DNA of 63,615 bases from Chiloscyllium plagiosum (Eukaryota): the NCBI RefSeq assembly GCF_004010195.1, contig NC_057755.1, forward strand, positions 2,749,498 through 2,813,112. The letters run 5' to 3'. A model generated the notes under the pieces. The model saw only the letters and a program-made list of their open reading frames with translations, was not told the DNA's origin and ran no database searches. Below are positions 36,331-48,894 of this stretch, piece after piece (within the stretch, counting starts at the first letter, position 1; every line of letters begins with the position of its first letter). The translations under genes were made by a program, and so were the position numbers.

Positions 36331-38112
36331 TGTTTTCTGGGGGAGGGAGTAGGGCAGGTGGAAATGTGGGAATGAAAAGTTTGCAGACGACACAAATATT
36401 TACCGGGTCATTAGTGGTAAAAAAAAAAGTCTAAGGTTACAGATAGAAATAGGCAGATTGGCCTGATGGGCAGATGAGTAATGGATAAAATTTAACGCTG
36501 ATAAACAAGAGGTATGTCCTTTGGCAGAAGTTACAAGACAACGAAGTACTCAATTCGGAGAAAGTGATGACTGCAGATACTGGAGATCAGAGTTGAAAGT
36601 GTGATGCTGGAAAAGCACACCACAAAGCAAACATACCATGACCCTTTGACTTCTCTCTTCCCTTCCTTGACTTAACTGTTTCTATTTCTTGGATTAGACT
36701 GGCCACCAATATCCAAACTAAGCCCACTGACTCTCACAGTTACCTGGTCAGGCAGGTCAGGTAGCACGCGAGGAGCAGGAGAATCAACGTTTCAGGCACA
36801 AGGAAACTCAAAGGAACAGAAAGATCTTAAGCTACGTTTTAACAGATCCCTGAATGCAGCGGGACAGGTTAATAGGGTAGGTAAGAAGACATACAGGACA
36901 CAATCATTTAATAGCCAAAGCAGAGATTGTATGAGTAGGGAAATCCTGTTGTAGCTGTACAGGCCACAGTTGAAGTATTGTGTGCAGTTCGGGTCACTAC
37001 ACCATTGGGAGGATGGGATTACACTCGAGGAATAGTAAAGGAAATTCACCAGAATGGTGCTTGCGCTGCAGCAATTTAGCTGTGAAGGGGTGCCTGGATA
37101 ACTGCAGGCTGCTTTCTTTAGAGCCGAGATCAGGGCATGTAAAACTGAGACGGACGTGAACAGGCTGAGTAGAAAGCAGTTGTTCCCTTAGTCGAAGGAT
37201 CAATAACAATGTGGCATAATTTGAAGGAAAAAGGCTGATGGTCCAGCGTGGACATGCCACCCAGAGGATGGTGGAGGCCTAAACTGCAATGCCTGGGGAC
37301 GGTAATTGAGGTAGAAATACTCAAGAACTTTATAAAATCTTTGTATGAGGCACTGCAAGAACATTCAAGGCTATTGACTAATTGCTGGGGAGTGGTTCAT
37401 GCAGCTTTCAGTGTAATTTTGAAGGGACCAACTCAATGGTGCGGTGGGCCACCTCTGTCCTATATGATGTGATATTTCTATAATTTCAAACTTAAGGTTC
37501 TGGTTTTCTTTTGATCTTTGTTTTGTGAAAATGTGACTGAGTGGGAGTTCCACCGCTGTTGGCGTGGTCAGTATCAGCTTCAGGTTCAGTACTAGAGTAC
37601 TCATTCACAGATAGAATTTTCCAAATGCGTTGTATAACTGAATAAATGAACAAAGCAGTGGCTTAACACTGTGTAGTAGAACAGCTCTCAAAGAGCTCTA
37701 CAACATAAGGTACTGAATGACTGAATAATCTCAACAAAGAGAAGGTCATCACTGAAAATAATGTCAAAAGATTTTTAGGTATGGATAGGACTGACGTTAA
37801 GTGAAATAATGCAAGTATTGTTGTTGAATACGAATTTAAACTACATTTGAGATCAGATTAATCCAGTCCTTGGTGTATTCAAATACAAACATAAATCACA
37901 ATGATGTCACATCATTAAAATAAACCCATTGTAATCAGTTTGTTTAAAATGATATTTAAAAAATGAAGATGCAATCACAGTTTCCCTGTGGAGATACCAC
38001 ACAATACAAAATAACGTCTCTGGAACTGTGTCAGCTCCAACTCCAAAAGAATGCTCCAACTCTGACAGATTGCCAGCAGCAGGAACAAAGAGGCTGTCTC
38101 ACAAACAACAAA

Positions 38113-40864
38113 ATGCATCTTCTAAGGGAAAAGATCGATATAATGTACGATCACATCCTTGTCATTGTTGGTGTTCCTGGTAAGCCTTGTAACAGCTTTA
38201 ACATATGTAGATGTCTGCAGGGAATCATCCTTATTGCTACCGACAATATATTTCCATTCAGCAAAGCAAATACCGATGCCATGTGACAGCGTGCTCACTT
38301 ACTGAGTTCAAAGAAAATAGTTGTTTGATTAGGAGGTTCCTCAATAATGTGCAGCATTGTCCGTTTCTCTATAATGTGCAGAAAGGGTTTGCCCTGATAC
38401 CACACTGATCGGGTTTGGCTGAGCACCGGCCCTGGATGGTCTCGAAAGTTTCGAGCAAGACCACTCTCTCTCTGTTGGAGTACAAAGCCTGCTATCAGTC
38501 AGATGGGTCTTGTAATAACCCACTTCTCAGTGACACCTGGTGTTTTCCAATACTTAATGTGAAGGGATTGTGTTGGTGGATCTTTTAAAGGGAGGTTGCT
38601 TCAAATGGGAGATCAGATACAACATGATCAATGAGTGGGATGAGCAGGTCATTAGGAATGATAAGCAAGGGTCAGTACAAAATGGTTTGACCATCTTGGG
38701 TGATGTCACCAGCCAGTGGATATGCAGGGGCATGATTTGTGAGGACAAGTCACGGAGAGGGGTGTTAAACAAAGGGTTCCAATTACGATATTTATTGCTC
38801 AGTTGTGTGATTGTGCCATTTGTAAAATGATACACGCTACTGTGGTGCAGAGTTTCATAGAACAAACGCTGGCAGCAGCTCTCCCACAGAGGATCAAGCA
38901 CCATTGTCCAACAGGATATTTCCCACCCTGCCCTTTGTTGCTGTTACCCTTTGATGTTCCCCAAACAATAATGGTCTCTGTAAAAATTCTCTTGTCTGCC
39001 TTCATTTGGGATTAGTATTTTGAGTTTGGCTATGAATTTCTATATGCTTTTACTCATGTGTCATGCAAGGCTATGGTACAATGGAGAATGCTGTTTAAAC
39101 CATGGGGATTCCTCCTCCACAAAGCTACGAATGTGGGAGCGGAAACTCAGTTTACAAGGAGACGGTTTAGGAGAGGAACTTGGCAGTATGAACCTGGAAA
39201 TCCTGTTGGAAGCTTTGCTTCATCACAGATAAAGTGTCTGATTTCTGGATGGAACCTGTGGTGTACAGTCTTGGACAAGCAGGGAATTCTGCGTCGAATA
39301 TTGAAGTTCTAAGGATTGCAGTGGATATCCAACCTGGCACATAATGATTGGATTCACTGCTGATTACCTACATGGTTCAGACTGTCAGGATATTTAATCC
39401 TGTGCACAAGGGAGGGATTCAATATCTTATCATGTGCGGAGGATATCCATTCCGAGACACTGTGGAGTGATTAAATGTCCTGTACTGTTGTTCATACAGT
39501 GTGGATATACAACTCTAGGGGCAATCTGAACTGTGGATACTCCAAAACCGAATATAGAAATTTTGTAATCAATGTCCATGTTGGTGTCTCCTGTCCTTTG
39601 TTTTACTGATCCCAAGTGTTGCATGTATGTTGTGGTCTTATGGGAAACTCCAGCCAATCTGAGTAATGTATAAAACAGGGGAAATTAAATGCTATCAATC
39701 TAAAAAATAATTGAGTCCATGACATGTTTCTGGGGGCAATCTGCTTCTCATGTTATTCTTCTCATGTTTTAAAAGTGCAAATGATTCATTTATAGTGAGT
39801 TTGTTGCTGTGGTTCATATTCGTTAAACTTCATATGACATGGGACGACAACTATCTTTGTACCAGTGTGTACAGTCTGGGCTCAGCAAAGGAGAATGTTT
39901 GATCAGTAACTCCAAATCTCTTTTTTTTTCCTTTCCCTCTCTTACAGTTAGTCTAGTGATGATTGCAGTCCTGGCTTGGGGCAAGTGTGGTCTTTCTACA
40001 TGTAGCACTCGCTATCTGGTGGTCATGGCAACGTCTGATCTATTTTTCATTGTGTTTTGTATCATCCTTCAGCGATTTCGCTCTTATTATTATCCACTGT
40101 GTTTCCTGGACATCACTCCTGTTTGTAGTGTTATCTCGGCCCTGAACCGCTTGTCCATTGATTGTTCTGTCTGGTTCACTGCTGCTTTTTCCTTCGATCG
40201 ATTTGTTGCCATTTGTTTTCATCAGATGAAACTTGGGTATTGCACAGAGAAAACTGCAAGAAAGGTTCTAGCAACAATCTTTATTTTCTTTTCTTTAAAG
40301 AATGCTCCCAACTACTTTGTATATAAACCTGGAAAGATCATCAACAATATTCCATGGTACTGTTCTATCAGGTCCAGCTATTTTTCTGAACGTCGGTGGG
40401 CAAGTTTTAAATATTTTGAGACTTTTTTAACACCAATGTTCCCATTCACTTTTATTCTCTTTATCAACATTCTGACTGTCAGACACATCTTCGAGGGCAT
40501 TAAGGTACGTAAGGAACTGAGGGGTCAGAGAAAAATACAGAATGACCCAGAGACAAAAAGCAGAAAGAATTCTATGATTTTACTCTTTGTCATATCTGCC
40601 AGCTTCATCCTTCTCTGGTTATTGTATGTTTTATATTTCTTTAATGCTGGTTATTCCTTGAAAAAGGCTGCTTTCCGTCTCTTTAAACAAGTTGCGTATA
40701 TGCTGCGGAACCTCAGTTGCTGCACAAACGCATTTATTTATGTGGTGACACAGAGAAATTTCAGAGACCAGTTTAAGTATGCAATGAAATATCCAGTTAT
40801 AAAAATAATTCAATTGATGAATAAATCCAAGCAATTGAGAGCCAACATTAGCTGCAGCAGATAA
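38113..40864 (+). CDS. Two-exon class A GPCR, GPR139/GPR142-related shark-expanded family; exon 1 38113-38179, exon 2 39948-40864, 327 aa
   Basis: Exon 1 MHLLREKIDIMYDHILVIVGVP+G then GTAAGC. Pyrimidine tract and TTACAG precede exon 2, phase 1 and in frame. Seven hydrophobic segments with GKCGLS, RYLVVMATSDL, FSFDRFVAIC, DPETKSRKNS and SCCTNAFIY. Confidence 0.9.
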
Positions 40865-41954
40865 TGGAACAAGGAGTCCACATGAGGAATGAACCAAAAG
40901 GAAGAGGAACAGCAGCAACATAAAAGAACCAGGAAAAGCAAAACCAGTGTAAAGTGCTGTTTGGATTGAGCAAGTTAGTAGAAAGCTGAAGAACAAATGC
41001 AAATCCAGAGGAGGAATTAGATACGCATAAAAGCTCCATTCTTCTGAAACAATCAGTCCTAAGTGAATGAACCAGATACAAATCTAAATGAGCTGCAGGA
41101 AAAGGATCATCGTTCACTGCAGGCCAGAGTGGGAAACGCATCGATAGGATTCTGTCCGCTCTTCCTCACTGAATTCTTTGATCCACACATCTGGACACTT
41201 TTTTTTCGAAAAGTTTTTTTATAAAGATTAAATAATATCCGATAAAGATTCTATGTCTTCTGATTGCAAATTTATTTTCAACAATAATTTCCTTTGTTTC
41301 CATTTAATTCACTGTTATCATTCCATTTCTTTATTCCTTTCTTTCCATGAACCAGATGATGCATTCGTGGGAGAATCCAAGCCCAAACAGAGAGACTCCT
41401 GAACTGCCTCTCTGCACCCTCACAATGACACAGTTCCTTTACCTTTTTAAAATGTTCCTTAAAACCACCTCTTCATACAGGTTATTAGCACCTGACCTAG
41501 TATCATCTTCAGTGAATCAACATCAATTCTGTTTAATTTGCCAGGAATAAAGATCTTTTAAAGTGTGTTTGCGGATTGTGTTGTATTAAAGTGGACAATG
41601 ATGGTGCTTTTTTGTTGAGTATAACTGTGTTCTGAGCAGGTGACTTGGATTTGATTCTTGGCAATCGCAAGTTGAGAGTTTTTTTTTAAAATTGATCAAT
41701 AGGAAAACCCAAAGACAAAAGGAATTTGATCAGTTTGAAAACACAAACATTTAACCTCACCCCTTCACCGAAATAGTCCTTCTAAAGCAAACCACCCAGA
41801 GTAGGGTCTGTCCCCAGTGAGAAAGAGGGAGGTGTGAAAAACATCGAGAGAACTGAGCTCAACCTGAATGGTGAGTATCATCAATTTAATCTCGTCATGT
41901 CATTCCTTAACTCCTGTCTGAATTTTCCTCCCCCAGTCTCACACTTCCGTGTCA

Positions 41955-42270
41955 TGATGGCTCAAACGTTAGCACTGCTTCCGCACAGCACCAGGGACCT
42001 GAGTTTAATTCCATCCTCGGGTGACTGTGTGGTAGTTGCACATTCTCCCCGTGTCTGTGTGGGTTTCCTTTGGGTGCTCTGGTTTCCTCCCACAGTCCAA
42101 AGATATGCAGGTTAGGTGAATTGATCGTGCTCAATTATGCCACAGTGTTTAGGGATGTGTGGGTTAGGTACACTAGTTAGGAGAATGGTTCTGGGTGGGA
42201 TACTCTTCAGAGGGTCGGTGTGGACTTGTTGGGTCAAATGGCCATTTCCACACTGTCGGAGTTTTATGAT
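41955..42270 (+). mobile_element. V-SINE (HE1-like), older copy
   Basis: GTTAGCACTGCT...TTGCACATTCTCCCCGTGTCTGTGTGGGTTTCC...TTTCCACACTG. Confidence 0.85.
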
Positions 42271-42627
42271 TCCCCATCTTTCTCTCTCTTACTGACAGCC
42301 TCTCTATTTTGTCTTTTTCTCTCTTACCTCTACATTCTACCTTCAACATTCTCTTTCTTTTTCTCACTTTCTCTCTCTCTCTTTTTGCCTCCATCTGTTT
42401 CTTTTATTCATTCACAGGATGAGGGCATAGCTGTCTTGGCCAGCATTTATTGTCCATCTCTAATTACCCAGAGAGCAGTTAAGAATTACCCACATTGCTT
42501 TCGGTCTGGAGTCACATGTTGGGCAGACCAGGTACGGATGGCAGGTTCCTTCCGTAAAGAACAACAATTTTCAATGGATTCATGGTCATTAATACACTCC
42601 GATTCCTGATTTTTAAAAGTTAAAGTT

Positions 42628-43367
42628 TGTTATGCAGTTGTAGATGTTTACCGAACCTTTAAGGGAGCTGAAATTACTGCTGGCGCAAAGTGTTCTAAAT
42701 GATTTTAAATTGTAACAGTGGATTGAACCAGATAGCTGCAGATGTGTTGCTATGGTACACAACAAATTCAAATGTGGCCAATCAATTTAAATTATGTCCC
42801 AAGTTATCAAAATCCAATCTTTTTTTAAAAGAAAATGCTTTGACAGCACTAAACCAATTAAATGTTCCAATGCTTCGAGGGTATAAGTTTCAGACATTTC
42901 GAACCGTTATCCTGAGCAGCAAAGAGCACCAACAAAAAACAGAACAATACAGACTGCTCGCACACCTGCTCTCTGAAAGGTCCCTTTATCTATGAAAGAC
43001 CTTAAAGCAGAATCCCAAATAAGAAACGAAAACTAAATGCAGAGAAGAACCAAATGTTGCTTGGTTTTGAAATAAGAAGTATTTTTCTAAATCTTAATTG
43101 GGTGTTTTTTTTTATCAGACCAGTATTGTAGAGTTGGGAGGTAAAAGATAGGTTAAAGAAACAAGGAGTTGTAAGTAGTTTCTGTCTAATGTTCTTGTTT
43201 GGATTTAAATGAATAAATTATTCATTTTTACTTTAAATAGTGAAATCTGGGATAATTCTTTGACGCTCAAAATTTAACAGATTATGGCGTAAAGTGAACT
43301 TTTTCTTTGTGTCAGGTTTAAATTAGCAGAGGGGTTTACTTCATGTCATAAGAGTTTGGGGGCTCGT
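42628..43367 (+). mobile_element. Probable LTR followed by a tRNA-Pro primer binding site
   Basis: AT-rich segment with AATAAA (about 43212) ending ...TGTCATAAGA, then TGGGGGCTCGT (43357-43367), an 11-nt match to the PBS-Pro sequence. The left boundary is uncertain. Confidence 0.55.
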
Positions 43368-43609
43368 TCTCATGATTTGAACAGTTTAGGTCTTGGATTT
43401 GTGGTTTGAGTAGGTTTAGATAGATGTTTTCTGAGATTTGGACAGATTTGATTAGATTTGCGGTATGAAAAATGTCCAACAGGTTTAAACGCTTTGAGAT
43501 TAGTGTGCTAGGTCTTTAAATAAAATGTTACTATTCAAATAAAACATAGGTAAGACAGATTGCTTAATTTCGGTTACACTGTGTCAGAACAAGTTCCACC
43601 ATCTGTCTT

Positions 43610-44103
43610 TTATTGGTAGAGGAATTGAGTTCCGGAGTACTGAGGTAATGTTGCAGTTGTATAAGACTCTGGTGCGGCCGCATCTGGAGTATTGTGTGCA
43701 GTTTTGGTCCCCATACTATAGGAAGGATGTGGAGGCACTGGAACGGGTGCAGAGGAGGTTTACCAGGATGTTGCCTGGTATGGTAGGAAGATCGTATGAG
43801 GAAAGGCTGAGGCACTTGGGGCTGTTTTCATTGGAGAAAAGAAGGTTTAGGGGTGACTTGATAGAGGTGTACAAGATGATTAGGGGTTTAGATAGGGTCG
43901 ACAGTGAGAATCAGCTGTTGGAGTCAGCTATTACAATTACAAGGGGACATAGCTTTAAATTAAGGGGTGGTAGGTATAGGACAGATGTTAGGGGTAAATT
44001 CTTTACTCAGCGAGTCGTGAGTTCATGGAACGCCCTGCCAGTAGCAGTGGTGGACTCTCCCTCATTATGGGCATTTAAACGGACATTGGATAGGCATATG
44101 GAG
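43610..44103 (+). mobile_element. Young CR1 ORF2 C-terminal fragment
   Basis: ORF 43648.. LYKTLVRPHLEYCVQFWSP...FFTQRVVSSWNALP, open frame. Confidence 0.92.
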
Positions 44104-44435
44104 GTTTTTTTTTCACTGTTCTGTACCTCTTATTTCTTGATTGTCACTCTTTCTCTTGCTCCCCACTCTCTCATCACCTTTTCCCTCTCCTCTTCCCCCT
44201 TTGCTACCCTTCTACCCTGTTTTCCTTTTTGCCTCTGCTTCACCCATTCCCCCCCATCCCCACTTATTTTGTCACATAGCACTGGCTTCAGCCTTGGTCA
44301 TTCACAGCTCCTAATCACCCTATCATCTCTCTATGCACTGTCATTAACACCTCTTTATTGCTACCTTTGATTCTGGAGCCATGACTCACCTTCCCTCAGC
44401 CTGGTATAAATACCTCCCGATTTCTCCCTTTTTTT

Positions 44436-44474
44436 AGTTTTGACAAAGGGTCAGTTAGACTCGAAACGTCAGCT
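44436..44474 (+). ncRNA. Hammerhead motif, U3-A8 core variant, in a PLE pLTR remnant (about 44104-44540)
   Basis: AGUU-UUGACAA-A-GGGUC(AGUUA)GACUC-GAA-ACGU-C-AGCU. Confidence 0.65.
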
Positions 44475-45702
44475 CTTTTCTCTCCTTACAGATGGTGCCA
44501 GACCTGCTCACATTTTCCAGCATTTTCTCTTTAGGTTTCTGTCCATATTACTGTCTTTTGGTCCTGAATCTGTCCGTTCCCATTTTGCAGTCTCCTAAAT
44601 TTAGCACCTTTGCCCATCTCCATGGCCCCTGTCTAATTGTCCTGCCCTGTATAGCTTCCCTGAACTGCACCCCCTCCCCCCGTAATTTCTCCATTACACA
44701 CCCACTGCATGTAAAAGCCCCTCTGTCTCTCTGTCCATCCACAATATCCTTGCCCCACGCCATGTCCCAGCCCCTGGGATGGAGGGTAAAGTGAGCATGT
44801 GCAGAGACTAACCTACCTTTCGACTGCCTATGTTATATTATAGTGTCATAAAGTCATAAAGCCTGGAAACAAAACCTTTGCTCCTACCAGTCTATGCCAA
44901 CTATAATCCCAAACTAAACTAGCCCTACCCTCCAAACTGTACCTATTCATGAACTTCTCCAAATGGTTTTTAAATGCTAAAACTCACACAACACCAGGTT
45001 ATAATCCCATAGGTTTATTTGCAGTTACAAACTTTTGGAGCACTGTTCCTTCATCAGGTAGCTAGTAGGGCAGGATCATAGGACACAGAATTTATAGCAA
45101 TTGATCATAGTGTCAGACAACTGATGGATATATTGAACAAACCAAGATTGCTGTTTTTAACATTGTAACTGTACCTGCATCCACCACTTTTCCTGGCAGA
45201 TCATTCCGGACACAAACCATTCGCTGTGTTAATAAAATTGCCAATCATGTCCTTTTTACGTCTTTCTCCACTCTCCTTAAAACTATAATCTCAAGCTTTG
45301 AACTCCCCCAACATAGGGAAAAGATCCTTGTCATTCACCTTGTCTATGCCCCTCATGGTTGTATGAACCTCAATAAGATCACCCTTCCATCCCCAATGCT
45401 CCAGTGAGAAAAGTCCTAGCCGTTCCAATCTCAAACCCTACATTCCCAGCAACATTTTCTGAAACCATTTGCAGTTTAATAATATCCTACCTGTAATAAT
45501 ATCCTTCTGTGGCCAGAACTGGACACATTTATCCAAAAGAGGCCTCACCAACATCCTGTACAACCTCAATACGGCATCTCCCAAGTGCTATACTCAAAGG
45601 TCTGAGCAATGAAAGAAAGTATGCGAGATGCCTTCTTAATCATCCTGTCTACCTGTAATGCAAATTTCAAAGAATTATGTATCTGAACTCCGAGGTCTCT
45701 CT

Positions 45703-47572
45703 TTTTTTATTTCAAAAATATACTTTATTCATAAAATAATTTGATGATCTGTACAGTTGGTCATGCCATACATACGTAAACATTTGCATACAGAGATCAG
45801 AAATTATCATTTGTACATACAGGTCTGTACATTTATCAATCATATATCCATATATTTAGCTGAGGCGTCAGTGGAACCCAAATGACTGCATAGGTCGCCA
45901 GTTCTTCTTTAGGCAGGCAGATGTTACACGGTGGTCTTTCCCCACTGCGCCTTGGCGGCAGCTGCCCCGAGCTTCAACGCATCCCTCAACACGTATTCCT
46001 GGACCTTGGAATGTGCCAGTCTGTAACACTCAGTCAGGGACAACTCCTTCAGCTGGAAGATCCACAGGTTTCGGACCGCCCAGAGAGTGTCCTTCACCAA
46101 GTTGATGATCCTCCAGGCACAGTTAATGTTCGTCTCGGTGTGCGTCCCGGGGGACAGACCATTGAGCACGGAGTCCTGCGTCACGGTGCTGCTTGGGACG
46201 AACCTCTACAAACACCACTGCATTCCTCTCCAGACTTCCTCTGCATAGGCACACTCCAGAAGGACGTGTGTGACAGTCTCGTCGCCCCTGCAGCCGCTCC
46301 GAGGGCAGCATGTGGTGCGGCTGAGAGTCCAGGCATGCATGAAGGATCTCACAGGCAGAGCCCTTCTCAACACCAGCCAAGCCATGTCTTGGTGCTTGTT
46401 GGAAAGTTCTGGTGTTGAGGCATTCTGCCAAATGACTTTGTCAGTCTGCTCAGGGAACCGCTCGAGAGGATCCGCCCTCTCCTTTTCCTGAAGGGTCTCA
46501 AGGACACTACGTGCTGACCACTTCCTGATGGACCTGTGGTCAAAAGTGTTTTTCTTCATAAACTTCTCCACGAAGGACAAGTGATACTGAATGGTCCAAC
46601 TACTTGGAGCGTTCCGCGGCAGCGGTGCCAGGCCCATCCTTCGCAACACTGGGGACTGGTAGAACCTCAGTACATAGTGACACTTGGTGTTTGCATACCA
46701 GGGATCCACGCACAGCTTGATGCAGCCACACACAAAGGTGGCCATCAGGGTGAGGGTGGCATTGGGAGTATTTTTCCCCCATTGCTCAGATCTTTATACA
46801 TCGAGTCCCTTTGGATCCAGTCCATCTTTGATCTCCATATAAATTGGAAGATGACCCTGGTGACTGCAGAGGCACAGGTTCTGGGAATATGCCAGACCTG
46901 TGCCACGTATAACAGCAATGACAGTGCCTCACACCTGATGACCAGGTTTTTTCACGCAATGCAGAGCGACCATAGCTTCCATATGCCCAGTTTCTGCCTC
47001 ACTTTGCTGATACGCTCCTCCCAAGACTTGGCGCACGCCCCAGCCTCTCCGAACCAAATATCCAGGACCTTCAGGTGGTCGGTCCTGACGGTGAAGGAGA
47101 TCGAGGATTGGTTGGCCCAGTTCGCAAAGAGCATGGCCTCGCTTTTGCCTCGATTTACCTTGGCCCCCGAGGCCCGTTCGAACTGGTCACATATGCACAT
47201 GAGTCTGCGCACGGACAGCAGATCCGAGCAGAAAATGGTGACGTCATCCAGGTACAGGGAGGCCTTAACCTGTAGGTCCCCACCGCCAGGAATTGTCATC
47301 CCTCTCAGGCTTGCATCCTTCCTGATGGACGTAACACATGGCTCTATGTAGCATACAAACAAGGCTGGAGAGAGAGGGCAGCCCTGCCTGACTCCAGATC
47401 TGACTGGGAAGCTATCTGATTCCCACCCATTGACTGAGACTGCACTGACAATGTTAGTGTAGAGCAGTCTGATCCAATTGCAGATTCCCTCCCCAAAGCC
47501 CATTTTGGAGAGAACATCTCTCATATACATGTGTGATATCCTGTAAAAGGCTTTTTCCTGGTCCAGGCTGAA
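45703..47572 (-). mobile_element. 5'-truncated Tx1 element (RT to 3' tail), nested in a minus-strand CR1 (about 44840-45700 and 47590-48130)
   Basis: ORF 46952..47593 (SLDQEKAF, SGVRQGCPLSP, LYLDDVT), ORFs 46206..46745 and 45924..46184, and the shared tail. Confidence 0.92.
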
Positions 47573-48894
47573 GGTCTCTCTGTTATACAACAATACACAA
47601 GGGCATTACCATTAATTGTAGAAATCCTGTCCTACCTTGTGTCTAAAATGCAACACTTCACTTTTAACCAATTTAAACTCATTCTGCCACTCTATAGCCC
47701 ATTGACCCAATTGATAAAGATCTCTTTGTAATCATTGGGAACATTCTTCACTAATGCCAAACAATTTTGGCCTTATCGGCAAACTTACTAACCATGCTTC
47801 AGATGTTCTTATCCAAATCATTTATGTAAATGACAAATGAAAGTGGATCTAGTACCGATCCTTGTTGAACACCACTAGTCACAGACCTCCAGTACAAAAA
47901 CAACAATTTGACTCCGACATAAAGCCAATGTTGTGTCCAACTGGCAAGCTCACCCTGAATCCCTAACTTCCCTCGTTGGTCTACCATGCCCGAGTCATAG
48001 GGTCATAGAGTAGTACAGCATAGAAACATCCATGCAGACCAGGTATCCCAAATCAATCCAGTGCCATTTACCAACATTTGATCCATATCCCTCCAAGCCC
48101 TTTCCATTCATATACTGATCCAGATACCAGATTGCATTCAAGGTCGTCAGTTACAGGCTCTGTCTTTTATTTCAAATGACCACTTCCTAAATCTTCAGGA
48201 TCCTTTCTGCATTGCAGTCTCTATCAAACCCATCAGGTTTGACACTCCCTACATTTCCATCCAATTCCTTTACCTAGCTTTTCTGCTCCCAAATTTACCC
48301 TTCAGAGAAAAGAAACCCCTCACCTCTCTTAAAAAACAGCAACCCTGATTTTCAATGCAGCATCTATTAATTCTGGACTCACACACAAAAGTATTTTTTT
48401 CATGTCTACCTTTCAAGACCATTCAAGGTTCTATAAATCCCAATGTAAACAGGTCCAGCCTGTCCAGTCTTTCCACATAAGGCAACCCATTCATTCCAGC
48501 TTATCAGCCGAGTAAAACTCCCCCGGATGACCCACCGAACTGAAAAATAACAATATTACGTTTATGTTCAGTTCTTTCTGTAATAAAGGAGAGCATTCTA
48601 TTAGCCATCTTAATCATTTGCTGTAACTGTTGCACATGATTTGAGATTGATGCCCTTGGTGCCTTAGATTTCTCTAAACCATTTAAGAAAATAAAACTTT
48701 GCTTTTTATTCTTTTTATCAAAGTGAACAACTTCACATTTCTAACATTATACTCCATCTGCCAGACACTTATTCTATCTATATCTGGCTGCATCCTACTG
48801 ATATCATATTTACAATAAACTTTCCTAACTACGTAATCTGTGTCATCTATAAACTTAGTTGTTGTGCCTTTTTTTTTGTCTCAACGAAATCAGT

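Noticed and set aside
39839..39947. N-terminal 36 aa of the single-exon 341-aa GPCR ORF
   Set aside because: Contains the polypyrimidine tract and acceptor; a matching exon 1 exists at 38113-38179.
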